Origin: Pseudomonadota bacterium | GTDB lineage: Bacteria; Pseudomonadota; Alphaproteobacteria; Rhodobacterales; Rhodobacteraceae | DNA length: 64,000 bases | NCBI GenBank assembly: GCA_039030635.1 | Contig: JBCCDT010000004.1 | Span: 862-64,861, forward strand | Reading direction: 5' to 3' | Shown: positions 1 to 11,887 of the stretch, piece after piece | Position numbering within the stretch: position 1 is the first letter of the stretch | Layout of the letters: every line of letters begins with the position of its first letter | The notes under the pieces: generated by a model | Database searches by the model: none | Told to the model about the DNA's origin: nothing | Seen by the model: the letters and a program-made list of their open reading frames with translations, nothing else | Position numbers and translations under genes: made by a program

Positions 1-516
1 CGTGCCCTTCCGATCGCTCGCATCGCCCACGACCTTGAGGTGATCAACCGTATCGCCCCCCTCAAACCGGGCCACATGTTCCGACCCGTTGCGCCAGATC
101 CGCAGCTCAAGCCAGTCCGACAGCGCGTTCACCACAGACACGCCCACACCGTGCAGACCGCCCGACACTTTGTAGGAATTGCTGTCAAATTTCCCGCCCG
201 CATGCAGCTGCGTCATGATCACTTCGGCGGCAGAGACGCCCTCTTCCTCATGGGTCTCCACCGGAATGCCGCGGCCGTTGTCACTGACTGAGACGCTGGA
301 ATCGGCGTGAATGGTCACGTTCACGCGGTCCGCATGGCCTGCCAAAGCCTCATCAATGCCGTTATCCACGACCTCATAGACCATGTGATGCAGACCAGAG
401 CCATCATCCGTGTCCCCGATATACATCCCGGGACGCTTTCTGACTGCCTCTAACCCTTTGAGAACTTTGATCGAATCAGCGCCATATTCTTCGGGCGCTG
501 CTGCTGCTTCTGCCAT
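1..516 (-). CDS. gyrB: DNA gyrase subunit B, N-terminal part (runs off the window start)
   Basis: Manual translation from ATG 516: [61 protein letters not shown], the GyrB GHKL N-terminus; lies downstream of recF. Confidence 0.97.
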   Translation of the reverse strand, partial: MAEAAAAPEEYGADSIKVLKGLEAVRKRPGMYIGDTDDGSGLHHMVYEVVDNGIDEALAGHADRVNVTIHADSSVSVSDNGRGIPVETHEEEGVSAAEVIMTQLHAGGKFDSNSYKVSGGLHGVGVSVVNALSDWLELRIWRNGSEHVARFEGGDTVDHLKVVGDASDRKGT

Positions 517-544
517 GCGGGTGAACCCCAATTATTTTCCCCTC

Positions 545-573
545 TTTATACCCATTTATGGGGGGAATGTCAC
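545..573 (-). promoter_or_regulatory. Putative sigma70 promoter of gyrB
   Basis: Minus strand reads GTGACA-N17-TATAAA, about 30 nt upstream of the gyrB ATG. Confidence 0.55.
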
Positions 574-619
574 GCGATTGGCACAATATTTTGTGGTTTG
601 CGCACCTGCCTCGGGCGAG

Positions 620-689
620 ACCCGCCCCGGGCTTGATCCGGGGCCTCGTTCCTCAAAAGCGGAGGCCCCGGATCACGTCCGGGGCGGGT
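620..689. repeat. REP-like long palindrome between recF and gyrB
   Basis: ACCCGCCCCGG-GCT-TGATCCGGGGCCTC ... GAGGCCCCGGATCA-CGT-CCGGGGCGGGT: near-perfect 28-bp arms, each with an internal CCCCGG..CCGGGG hairpin; starts 3 nt after the recF stop. Confidence 0.75.
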
Positions 690-692
690 GTT

Positions 693-1787
693 TCATGGTC
701 CAACGATCTCGCCATTGTCGTTGATCTCAAGCGTTTGAGCCCTCTCGCCCAGCTCTGCGAACAGCTCCGGCCCTGTGCCCGTCATCCACGCCTGTGCCTT
801 CAGCGCGCAAACCTCATCATAAAGTGCGGCGCGCCGCGTGGCATCCAAATGCGCGGCCACCTCATCCAAAAGCAGCAATGGTGGCGCGCCAAAATCCTCC
901 GCCAAGGCCCGCGCATTGGCCAGAATGAGCGAGATCAAAAGCGCCTTCTGCTCCCCGGTGGAACAATCCTTCGCAGGCACGCCCTTGGCGGCATAGACCC
1001 CATAAAGATCCGCCCGATGCGGCCCCACCAAGGTCCGCCCCGCCGCGATATCGCGAAACCGGCTTTCATGTAGCGCTTCGCGAAAATCCGCCTCACTCTC
1101 CGGCATTTCCCCTTCCGACAGGGTCAGCTCCAGTTCCGCCGTCGGAAAGGCCGTGTCCGCCTCTCTCTGCGCCTCCTGAAGCCGATAAAGCGCGCTGACA
1201 CGGTTTTGGTGGATCGCAGTCCCGGCCTCGGCCATCTGCCGCTCCAACGCGACGTACCAATGCCCGTCGCGCACCTGATCCTTCAACAGCCGGTTCCGCT
1301 CTCGCATCGCCTTTTCATAAGACAGCGACGCCTCCGCATGATCGGGCGTAAAACTCAGCGTCATCCGGTCCAGAAACCGCCGCCGCCCTTCTGCGCCCTC
1401 AATCCAAAGCCGATCCATCGCCGGAATAAGCCACAGCACCCGCGCAATCCGCCCCAGAGCCACCTGAGAGGCCGCTTTGCCGTCAATCTTGACCTGTCGG
1501 CTGCCTTCACCCTGCGCCTCGATCTCCACCTCATGGACCTGGCTCAGTGACCGCAAATGCCCGGTCAGTTTCCACCCGATTGCCTCAGGCCGGCGCGCCA
1601 TATCCGCTGCCGCCGCCCGTCGCAAACCGCGCCCCGGCGAAAACAGCGAAACCGCCTCCAGAATATTGGTCTTGCCCGCCCCGTTGGGCCCATAGATCGC
1701 CACAGGCCGCCCGTCGCCGTCCATGCGCGCAGCTTTGTGCGATCGAAAATACGAAAGGCTCAGATGCGATAGATAAAGATCTGGCAT
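693..1787 (-). CDS. recF: DNA replication/repair protein RecF
   Basis: Walker A GPNGAGKTN, CSTGEQKALL signature, LLLLDEVAAHLD; dnaA-dnaN-recF-gyrB order. Confidence 0.97.
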   Translation of the reverse strand: MPDLYLSHLSLSYFRSHKAARMDGDGRPVAIYGPNGAGKTNILEAVSLFSPGRGLRRAAAADMARRPEAIGWKLTGHLRSLSQVHEVEIEAQGEGSRQVKIDGKAASQVALGRIARVLWLIPAMDRLWIEGAEGRRRFLDRMTLSFTPDHAEASLSYEKAMRERNRLLKDQVRDGHWYVALERQMAEAGTAIHQNRVSALYRLQEAQREADTAFPTAELELTLSEGEMPESEADFREALHESRFRDIAAGRTLVGPHRADLYGVYAAKGVPAKDCSTGEQKALLISLILANARALAEDFGAPPLLLLDEVAAHLDATRRAALYDEVCALKAQAWMTGTGPELFAELGERAQTLEINDNGEIVGP

Positions 1788-1794
1788 CCAAGCC

Positions 1795-1830
1795 TCTTCA
1801 TCTTGCTAAAAATACTCCCGCCGGAGGCAT
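1795..1830. repeat. Short intergenic repeat of the GTATTT..AAGATGAAG type
   Basis: CTCTTCATCTTGCTAAAAATACTCCCGCCGGAGGC; its reverse complement resembles the motifs at 11721 and 14851. Confidence 0.45.
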
Positions 1831-1840
1831 CCGGCCGCGG

Positions 1841-2959
1841 TCACACGCGCATCGGCATCACAACGTAAACGGCCGTCGTGTCATTGCCCTCGCGCATCAG
1901 CGTCGGGTCCCCGGAGGAGTTGAACATGAAGACCGCATTCTCGCGATCCACTTGGCTTGCGATTTCCAGCAAGTACTTGGCGTTAAAACCAATATCGAGC
2001 TTGTCATCGCCATAGGCCACGGCCAGCTCTTCTTCTGCGGCACCACTGTCCGGCGCGTTCACCGACAGCACCAAACGATCCTCATCCAGCGACAGTTTCA
2101 CCGCGCGCGACCGCTCAGAACTCACCGTCGCGACACGGTCCACGGCCTGGGCAAATTCGCTGGCATCCACCTCCAACCGGCGGGTGTTGCCGGTGGGAAT
2201 AACGCGGGTGTAATCGGGGAAGGTGCCGTCAATCACCTTGGACGTGAGCGTGATATCGGGCGTGGCAAAACGCACTTTGGTCTCTGACACCGACACCGCG
2301 ATCACCGTCTCATCATCATCCAGAAGCTTGCGCAATTCGCCAACCGTTTTGCGCGGGACAATCACACCGGGCATCGCGCCCGCCCCATCGGGCAAATCGC
2401 TGTCAATCCGCGCCAGGCGGTGGCCATCTGTGGCCACACAGCGCAGCACCTGACCGCCATCGGCATCCGAGACATGCATGTAGACACCGTTGAGGTAATA
2501 CCGCGTCTCTTCCGTCGAAATGGCGAACTTGGATTTGTCAAAAAGCCGGCGCAGCTCCGGCGCCTTGGCTGAGAAATTGCATTCATATTCTGAGCTGGCC
2601 ATCACCGGAAAATCTTCTTTGGGCAGCGTGGCGAGTGCAAAGTTTGAGCGCCCCGCCTCAACCGTCAGCCGCCCTGACGCGCCATCATCGGTCAGGCTCA
2701 CCAACGCCCCATCCGGCAGCTTGCGCACGATCTCATGCAGGGTCACCGCCGACACCGTGGTCGCGCCCGCGCGCTCCACCTGTGCCACGGCTTTGTCCAC
2801 CACTTCGATGTCCAGATCCGTGGCGCGGAATTGCACGCCGTCGCCTTCGGCTTCGATCAGAACATTGGCCAGGATCGGGATCGTATTGCGCCGTTCCACC
2901 ACCGATTGCGCCTGCGCGACGGCCTTCAGAAGGGTTCCACGTTCGATGCTGAATTTCAT
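1841..2959 (-). CDS. dnaN: DNA polymerase III beta sliding clamp
   Basis: MKFSIERGTLLK..VERRNTIPILANVL, ATDGHRLA, C-terminal YVVMPMRV; 372 aa. Confidence 0.98.
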   Translation of the reverse strand: MKFSIERGTLLKAVAQAQSVVERRNTIPILANVLIEAEGDGVQFRATDLDIEVVDKAVAQVERAGATTVSAVTLHEIVRKLPDGALVSLTDDGASGRLTVEAGRSNFALATLPKEDFPVMASSEYECNFSAKAPELRRLFDKSKFAISTEETRYYLNGVYMHVSDADGGQVLRCVATDGHRLARIDSDLPDGAGAMPGVIVPRKTVGELRKLLDDDETVIAVSVSETKVRFATPDITLTSKVIDGTFPDYTRVIPTGNTRRLEVDASEFAQAVDRVATVSSERSRAVKLSLDEDRLVLSVNAPDSGAAEEELAVAYGDDKLDIGFNAKYLLEIASQVDRENAVFMFNSSGDPTLMREGNDTTAVYVVMPMRV

Positions 2960-3097
2960 GCCGTTGCTCCCTGCATGCGCGGCGTTGGGATGGGCACCGT
3001 AGCAAGTTTGGGTACGCGCTCAAGCCTTTTGTGCCCGATCACACGTCAAACGCCTGCACTGTTGAAAAACAATGCAGACGATCTCAAGGTGCGTGGC

Positions 3098-4471
3098 TTA
3101 GCTTTCGAGGCTGCGGCGCAGCATCTCCAGATCCTCGGCGATCTGGGCATCGGAATGGCGCAGCTCTTCGATCCGCCGAACCCCATGCATAACGGTCGTG
3201 TGGTCGCGGCCGCCAAAACGGCGCCCGATCTCGGGCAAGGACCGCCGGGTCATCTGCTTGCACAAATACATGGCCACTTGCCGAGGCCTGGCAAAGCTGC
3301 GCACCCGCTTGGGCCCGATCATATCGGCCAAACGAATGTTGTAGTGATCCGACACCTGCCGCTGAATCTCTTCGATAGAGATTTTGCGCTCAAATGTGCG
3401 CAGGATGTCAGACAGACAATCCTGGGCCATATCCGGTGTGATCTCCGTGCCCACCAGTGATGCAAACGCGAACAGCCGGGTCAACGCGCCTTCCAGCACG
3501 CGCACATTGGTGCTGATCCGCTGCGCCAGGAAATCGAGCACGCTGTCATCCATCTGCAGGTCCGGGTAATCCGCGCGGTAGCGATCCACCTTTGACTGCA
3601 GGATCCCAAGACGCAGCTCGTAATCCGTGGGATGCAGGTCCACGACCAAACCGCATTGCAGGCGCGATTTGATCCGGTCTTCCATGTCTTCAATCTCACC
3701 CGGCGCGCGGTCGGCAGAGATCACGATCTGCTTATTCTGATCCACAAGCGCGTTGAAGGTGTGAAAGAACTCTTCCTGTGTGCTGTCCTTGCCGGCGATG
3801 AACTGCACATCATCGACCATCAGAACATCGACAGAACGGAACATTTCCTTGAAATCCATCATCTTCTTGTCGCGCAGAGCTTGCACAAAGCGGTACATGA
3901 ACTGCTCCGCCGACAGATACAGCACATTGAGGTCAGGGCGCGCCGATCGCAACTCCCATGAAATGGCGTGCATCAGGTGCGTTTTGCCAAGCCCGACCCC
4001 ACCGTAAAGAAACAACGGATTGAACGTCACCGGGCCGCCTTCGGCCACGCGACGTGCGGCGGCATGGGCCAACTCGTTGGGCTTGCCCACGACGAACCGG
4101 TCAAATGTGAACCGTTCATCCAAGGGCGCCGTCGGGAAATGCGCATCAAGCGCGTTGGTCCTGGCCGGTTTCGCCTTGGTCAGACCGGGCTTGGCCACGG
4201 GCTTTACCGCCCCTTTATGGACCCGCCGAACGGTCGGCACGCTGAATTCCAGACGTTTGATCTCGGCGTTGACCTGGCTCACCTTGTACAGAATTTTGTC
4301 GCCGAAATTCTGCGATACGTAATTGCCTTGGAAATTGGTCGGCACATCAAAGATCGCCACCCCGTCTTTCACTTCCCGCAGCTCCAGTGGTTCAATCCAG
4401 CTGGTAAAGTTATGCGCTCCGACTGTGTCCCGGAGTTCGTTTTTAACAGTGCCCCATTCTTCCAAAGTCAT
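3098..4471 (-). CDS. dnaA: Chromosomal replication initiator DnaA
   Basis: FNPLFLYGGVGLGKTHL Walker A, LMVDDVQF, RPRQVAMYL and GGRDHTTV domain IV. Start placed at ATG 4471 (MTLEEW); an in-frame GTG exists at 4519. Confidence 0.98.
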   Translation of the reverse strand: MTLEEWGTVKNELRDTVGAHNFTSWIEPLELREVKDGVAIFDVPTNFQGNYVSQNFGDKILYKVSQVNAEIKRLEFSVPTVRRVHKGAVKPVAKPGLTKAKPARTNALDAHFPTAPLDERFTFDRFVVGKPNELAHAAARRVAEGGPVTFNPLFLYGGVGLGKTHLMHAISWELRSARPDLNVLYLSAEQFMYRFVQALRDKKMMDFKEMFRSVDVLMVDDVQFIAGKDSTQEEFFHTFNALVDQNKQIVISADRAPGEIEDMEDRIKSRLQCGLVVDLHPTDYELRLGILQSKVDRYRADYPDLQMDDSVLDFLAQRISTNVRVLEGALTRLFAFASLVGTEITPDMAQDCLSDILRTFERKISIEEIQRQVSDHYNIRLADMIGPKRVRSFARPRQVAMYLCKQMTRRSLPEIGRRFGGRDHTTVMHGVRRIEELRHSDAQIAEDLEMLRRSLES

Positions 4472-4908
4472 CTTATCCCATTCCGCGACTGGCTTCCCTT
4501 GCAAAGACGGGTCAAACACACCCGCCCCTGGCGACGCCGCAGTGGACCACTCCGCACGAAACCAATGCCGGTCGGTTTCAACGACCAGCGGTTCCGCCCC
4601 GGATCGGACAGCTGAAGACCAACGCTATGCCCCGACGAGTTGACGGTTTTCCCCGTCACGCCAACCTCGTCGTGCGTTGTCCTTCAGGTCTGGATTTGGC
4701 CCACCTGCCGTCATCCGGCAAGCGCGTCACACTCACGGTCAGTCGTCCCACGGGCCGGCCTCCGAGGAGTGAAGGTGGCAGCCAATCCCCCTTGCAGATT
4801 CGCCTGACAAAATTAGCCGTAGCTGCGAAGAGGCAGCAACCGATCTTATGCCTTGACACTTGAATCGGCGAGAAAGAATCCCTCGGTTTGCTGAGTCTGC
4901 CACGGCGC

Positions 4909-4942
4909 AAAAAAAAACGGGCCAAATGGCCCGCCGTTTTTT
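4909..4942 (-). terminator. Intrinsic terminator of rpsT
   Basis: Minus strand CGGGCCA-TT-TGGCCCG followed by a run of nine T, about 25 nt after the rpsT stop. Confidence 0.75.
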
Positions 4943-4966
4943 GATCAAGGATTCAGCTAGGATAGC

Positions 4967-5230
4967 TTATCCAAGTGCCTTCACACGCGATGACAGGCGC
5001 GACATTTTCCGCGCTGCTGTATTTTTGTGAAAAACACCTTTGGACACGCCGCGCATCAGTTCGGGCTGAGCCGCCTGCAATGCGGCTTGGGCTGCGTCTT
5101 TATCGCCAGAGGCAATCGCCTCTTCGACTTTGCGCAAATAGGTGCGGATACGAGAGCGCCGTGCTTTGTTCACGGCGAAGCGGCGCTCATTCTGGCGGGC
5201 GCGCTTCTTTGACTGAGGAGAATTAGCCAT
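4967..5230 (-). CDS. rpsT: 30S ribosomal protein S20
   Basis: [36 protein letters not shown]...[12 protein letters not shown]; ATG at 5230. Confidence 0.97.
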   Translation of the reverse strand: MANSPQSKKRARQNERRFAVNKARRSRIRTYLRKVEEAIASGDKDAAQAALQAAQPELMRGVSKGVFHKNTAARKMSRLSSRVKALG

Positions 5231-5351
5231 TTTTTTCAGACCTTTAATCGGGCGTTTCGTTTCGAATTTGCGTCGCGGAACGCCCAAGCCAAAGGAATGT
5301 CCTTTGGAAAGATCAGGCCAAGGCGGGCCGCACGCGCATGTATGACCGCGG

Positions 5352-5379
5352 CGTATAACTGAGATTCGCGGCCTTGCAA
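5352..5379 (-). promoter_or_regulatory. Putative rpsT promoter
   Basis: Minus strand TTGCAA-N16-TATACG, with a GANTC site in the spacer. Confidence 0.45.
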
Positions 5380-5458
5380 ACCCTTCTTTCCCCCGCGCTC
5401 ACGCAAGGGCAATTTGATCAAGGATTCGCATAAAGGTTAATGCAGTTTCGCCCGTGTG

Positions 5459-6325
5459 TTACCCAAACGTCACAAATGAGTCGGCCATCGCGCGACGCCT
5501 TGGCGTGGAGGTTAGGATCAGCGCGCGCCCGGTTTTCACACGACCACCAAAGGGCGCAACGAGACGCCCCGTCTCAATATCATCCCGAACCAGGCTCTCA
5601 TGCCCCATCAACACGCCCGCCCCGTTCCGGGCCTCTTCCACGGCCAGGGCATAAAGGGAAAACCGCGCGTTCGCCGTGGTAAAGGAGCGGTCCCATCCAA
5701 CCTCCTGCGCCCACAGATCCCAATCATCGGCCCAGGTGTCATCAATCAAAAGCGTGTGCTGCGCCAGATCATTTACGCCACCAAGAGACGCGGCCATCTC
5801 AGGGGCGCACACCGGAAAGATCACGTCCTCCTCCAAAATGATCTCATCCGGTCCATCACTGGGCAGGTCGAAAAACACGCTCCAGTCAAACATCTCGCGC
5901 AAGAGGTTTGGGGGCTGCTCCAACGCGGTGACGGAAAACTGAACTTGCGGGTTTTCGGCCCTCAGACGCGGCAGGCGGGACGACAACCAAAGCTGCGCCA
6001 CACTCGGCAGCGCCGCGATTTGAACAACCGGCGCGTCTGTCACGTCTTTCAACGCATGCACCGCCTCTCCCAGCCGGTCAAAGGCCGCGGTGAACTCCGG
6101 TTGCAGCCCCTGTCCCGCCGATGTCAGGCGCACCCCGTGGGACCGACGCTCAAAGAGACTGACGCCCACCCACTCCTCCAGCGCCTTGATATGCTGGGTG
6201 ATCGCACCGGGGGTCACGCACAGCTCTTCGGCTGCTTTGGAAAACCCACCCAGACGCGCCGCCGCCTCAAAGGCGCGCAAGGCGTTCAATGGCGGTCCTT
6301 TGGGTCTGGGCGGTGAAACGGGCAT
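5459..6325 (-). CDS. LysR-family regulator (GcvA-like), divergent from the PLP enzyme
   Basis: PPLNALRAFEAAARLGGFSKAAEELCVTPGAITQHIKALE helix-turn-helix plus a LysR substrate-binding domain. Confidence 0.93.
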   Translation of the reverse strand: MPVSPPRPKGPPLNALRAFEAAARLGGFSKAAEELCVTPGAITQHIKALEEWVGVSLFERRSHGVRLTSAGQGLQPEFTAAFDRLGEAVHALKDVTDAPVVQIAALPSVAQLWLSSRLPRLRAENPQVQFSVTALEQPPNLLREMFDWSVFFDLPSDGPDEIILEEDVIFPVCAPEMAASLGGVNDLAQHTLLIDDTWADDWDLWAQEVGWDRSFTTANARFSLYALAVEEARNGAGVLMGHESLVRDDIETGRLVAPFGGRVKTGRALILTSTPRRRAMADSFVTFG

Positions 6326-6426
6326 GGCTGAGGTTGAGTTTTTCTAAATTCAATTTCTGATAATCTGCTTTGCGCCTCGCGTCGACCCAAGACATTATGA
6401 CCCTTACAGACAAAGGAGCCTGATCC

Positions 6427-7740
6427 ATGACGCTTGCCCATCGAAGCTGGGTCCCCGACCCCTGTGAAACCCGCGTGCGCACCATCACGGCGGCCACCGA
6501 GGCCCAAAGCGACGCGCAGATTTTTGACCGGCTGACGCAGCTCGTTGCAGACAATCGCGAGATCCATGAACAGGAGTGCTTCAACCTCAACCCCGCCACC
6601 AATGTGATGAACCCGCGCGCCGAGGCGATGCTGGCCAGTGGCATCGGGTCCCGCCCGTCGCTGGGCTATCCGGGCGATAAATATGAGATGGGCCTGGAGG
6701 CTATCGAAGAGATTGAGGTGATCGCCGCCACGCTCGCGGCAGAGGTGTTCAACGCGCGCTTTGCCGAAATCCGGGTCGCCTCGGGTGCGATGGCCAATCT
6801 CTACGCGTTCATGACCACCTGTCAGCCCGGCGACACCATCATCGCCCCTCCGGCCAGCATTGGCGGGCATGTCACCCATCACGGTCCGGGCTGTGCGGGT
6901 CTTTACGGCCTCAATTGCCTGAACGCGCCCATTGATGCGGATGGCTACACGCTCGATCTTGATGCCCTGCGCGATATGGCAAAGACGCACCGGCCCAAGC
7001 TGATCACCGTGGGCGGCTCTCTCAACCTCTTCGAACATCCCGTCCGCGCGGTGCGCGACATCGCCGATGAGGTGGGCGCCAAGGTGCTTTTCGATGCCGC
7101 CCATCAATGCGGGATCATTGCAGGTGGCGCTTGGTCCAACCCGTTGGATCAAGGCGCGCATATGATGACCATGAGCACATATAAGAGCCTCGGCGGTCCG
7201 GCAGGCGGCCTGATCCTGACCAATGAGGCCGAGATGGCCGAGGCACTAGACCGGATTGCCTTTCCCGGCATGACCGCCAATTTTGACGCCGCCAAATCCG
7301 CCGCGCTGGCCGTCAGCCTGCTGGATTGGCGCAGCTTTGGGGCGGATTACGCCCGCGCGATGATTGATCTGGCCCACGCCCTGGCCACCGCGCTGGACGC
7401 GCGCGGCGTGCCGGTCTTTGCCAAGGCGCAGGGTTTCACCACATCGCATCAATTCGCCCTGGAGGCCGCGCCCTTTGGCGGCGGGCAAGCCGCGTCCAAA
7501 GCCTTGCGCCAGGCCGGGTTCCTCGCCTGTGGGATCGGCCTGCCTGTGCCAGAGGTGCCGGGCGACATGAACGGGCTGCGCATCGGCACGCCCGAACTGG
7601 TCCGCTGGGGCGTCACGCCCGACCATGCCAACGACCTTGCGCGTCTCATCTGTGATGGTTTGGGGCCTAAGCCGCAGGAGGTGGCCCCCCGCACGCGCGC
7701 GCTCCGCGAACGTTTCAACCGGCTCCACTATATGCACTAA
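6427..7740 (+). CDS. SHMT-fold PLP enzyme, alpha-methylserine aldolase-like
   Basis: NLNPATN, SLGYPGDKYEMGLE, FDAAHQCG and STYKSLGGP differ from canonical GlyA (ASEN, EGYPxxRYY, TTHKTLRGP) and match my recollection of the alpha-methylserine aldolase clade. Confidence 0.75.
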   Translation: MTLAHRSWVPDPCETRVRTITAATEAQSDAQIFDRLTQLVADNREIHEQECFNLNPATNVMNPRAEAMLASGIGSRPSLGYPGDKYEMGLEAIEEIEVIAATLAAEVFNARFAEIRVASGAMANLYAFMTTCQPGDTIIAPPASIGGHVTHHGPGCAGLYGLNCLNAPIDADGYTLDLDALRDMAKTHRPKLITVGGSLNLFEHPVRAVRDIADEVGAKVLFDAAHQCGIIAGGAWSNPLDQGAHMMTMSTYKSLGGPAGGLILTNEAEMAEALDRIAFPGMTANFDAAKSAALAVSLLDWRSFGADYARAMIDLAHALATALDARGVPVFAKAQGFTTSHQFALEAAPFGGGQAASKALRQAGFLACGIGLPVPEVPGDMNGLRIGTPELVRWGVTPDHANDLARLICDGLGPKPQEVAPRTRALRERFNRLHYMH

Positions 7741-7747
7741 AGCGCGG

Positions 7748-8437
7748 TCAGGCGATTTCACTCAAAATCGCGCGGGCGGCTTCGGCCGGATCGGGGGCGG
7801 CGTGGATCGGGCGACCCACCACAATATGATCGGCCCCGTCCGCTAAGGCCTGCGCGGGCGTTGCCACCCGTTTCTGATCGCCCAGGGCCGCGCCCGCGGG
7901 CCGCACGCCGGGTGTCACGATCAACCGGCCCGCCGCCTCGGGCAAGGCCCGGATCATCGCGGCCTCTTGCGGAGAGGCGATCACCCCATCCGCGCCTGCT
8001 TCAAACGCCCGACCTGCGCGCTCTGTCACAAGATCAGGGATCGCGCCGTCCTTGATCAGCCCCGCATCCAAATCATCCCGGTCCAAAGAGGTCAGTATCG
8101 TCACACCGAGGATCTTCAACGTGCTGCCAGAGGCCCCTTCCTTGGCCGCGCGAATGACATGCGGGTCGCCATGCACCGTCAGGAAATCCAAATCGAACTG
8201 CGCCAGACCCCGCACCGCGGCCTCCACCGTCGCGCCGATATCAAACAGTTTCATATCCAGAAAGATGCGCTTGCCATGGTCCTGCTTCAGCTCCATCGCC
8301 AGCGCGAGCCCACCGCCCGTCAGCATCCCCAGACCAATCTTGTAAAACGACACCGCGTCGCCCAATTGCCCTGCGAAATTGAGCCCCTCCAACGCATTGG
8401 GCAGGTCAATTGCAACAATCAGGCGGTCATCTGGCAT
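7748..8437 (-). CDS. pyrF: Orotidine 5'-phosphate decarboxylase
   Basis: FLDMKLFDIGATV, VTILTSLD, TPGVRP, VVGRPI. Confidence 0.97.
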   Translation of the reverse strand: MPDDRLIVAIDLPNALEGLNFAGQLGDAVSFYKIGLGMLTGGGLALAMELKQDHGKRIFLDMKLFDIGATVEAAVRGLAQFDLDFLTVHGDPHVIRAAKEGASGSTLKILGVTILTSLDRDDLDAGLIKDGAIPDLVTERAGRAFEAGADGVIASPQEAAMIRALPEAAGRLIVTPGVRPAGAALGDQKRVATPAQALADGADHIVVGRPIHAAPDPAEAARAILSEIA

Positions 8438-8511
8438 GGGGCGCGGTCCTTAGCAGTCAAAACTGCGCTCTTGTTGCGGCAGGACCCCGCCCCGTCAAGG
8501 GATGCAATCGC

Positions 8512-8799
8512 TCAGGCGGCCAGAAACGTACCGACCACAGGCGAATTGGCGCGGGATATCGCGGCGCGCACGGTGTCGCGGATCAGCCGTTGTGTCCGCT
8601 CCTTGGACTGCCTGTGATGCATCAACGCCTGCCCCTTTAGCCCGCGCGACACGGTGTCGAACTCGGCATGGGGGGCGGAGACATGGCTGACGCGATACGA
8701 AAACACCGTGCCCGCCTCTGTCACCCGCGCCTCAGCCTCAAACGCCCCTGTTTCCGGGTTGTAGACGGGCGGCGTGAGGGTCATCTCATTGATACGCAT
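8512..8799 (-). CDS. Small hypothetical protein (95 aa)
   Basis: ATG 8799 preceded by GAAAGGA; MRINEMTLTPPVYNPETGAFEAEARV has a protein-like composition; fills the pyrF-clpB gap. Confidence 0.65.
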   Translation of the reverse strand: MRINEMTLTPPVYNPETGAFEAEARVTEAGTVFSYRVSHVSAPHAEFDTVSRGLKGQALMHHRQSKERTQRLIRDTVRAAISRANSPVVGTFLAA

Positions 8800-8969
8800 G
8801 GATAAGTTCCTTTCATCCACGGCCTTTTGGCGTGACGTGCTGGGTAAATGGAAACGCCGCGCCCGAGTTGAAGACGGGTTCACGAAAAAATGCGAAATCT
8901 TGTGATAAACCGTGAGGTGACCGCTATATCTGGGCAAAATTCTGCTGACCCGCCTAATTTTTAGGCAGT

Positions 8970-8998
8970 CTTGAACATGGGCCAAAGGGATACCATTT
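8970..8998 (+). promoter_or_regulatory. Possible RpoH (sigma32) promoter of clpB
   Basis: CTTGAA-N15-TACCATTT upstream of a heat-shock gene. Confidence 0.45.
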
Positions 8999-9074
8999 AT
9001 TCGTTAAGGTTCCCGAAAGACGCATGCCTAACACTGGGTGCGGCGACGGGAGAACGCTTAGAAGGAGAAAAACC

Positions 9075-11693
<2,619 letters not shown>

Positions 11694-11720
11694 TCAATGG
11701 GGCCAGTCCCCAACCCCTCG

Positions 11721-11748
11721 AGGTATTTGGAAAAAGAAAGAAGCAGGG
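11721..11748 (+). repeat. Left degenerate direct repeat of the island
   Basis: AGGTATTTGGAAAAAGAAAGAAGCAGGG is 24/28 identical to 14851-14878. Confidence 0.6.
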
Positions 11749-11887
11749 CTCGGTGGATTGGCAGGCCCTGCAGATCTTTGGGCTGACCTGCAAACCCCCA
11801 ATGTGAACTCTGAGCCCAAAGTGCCGTATGCTGCGAGCCGCTCGAATGTCTGTTAAGCAGATCACATCTCTTGTCGAGGTTAGTATG

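Noticed and set aside
4472-5458. oriC next to dnaA
   Set aside because: No cluster of TTATCCACA-like boxes and no clear AT-rich unwinding element. The nearest matches are isolated (one inside gyrB at ~362, one at 13417).
11694-11760. tRNA or attB site downstream of clpB
   Set aside because: GGGGCCAGTCCCC looks tRNA-like but no cloverleaf, T-loop or CCA can be built; it belongs to an intergenic repeat.
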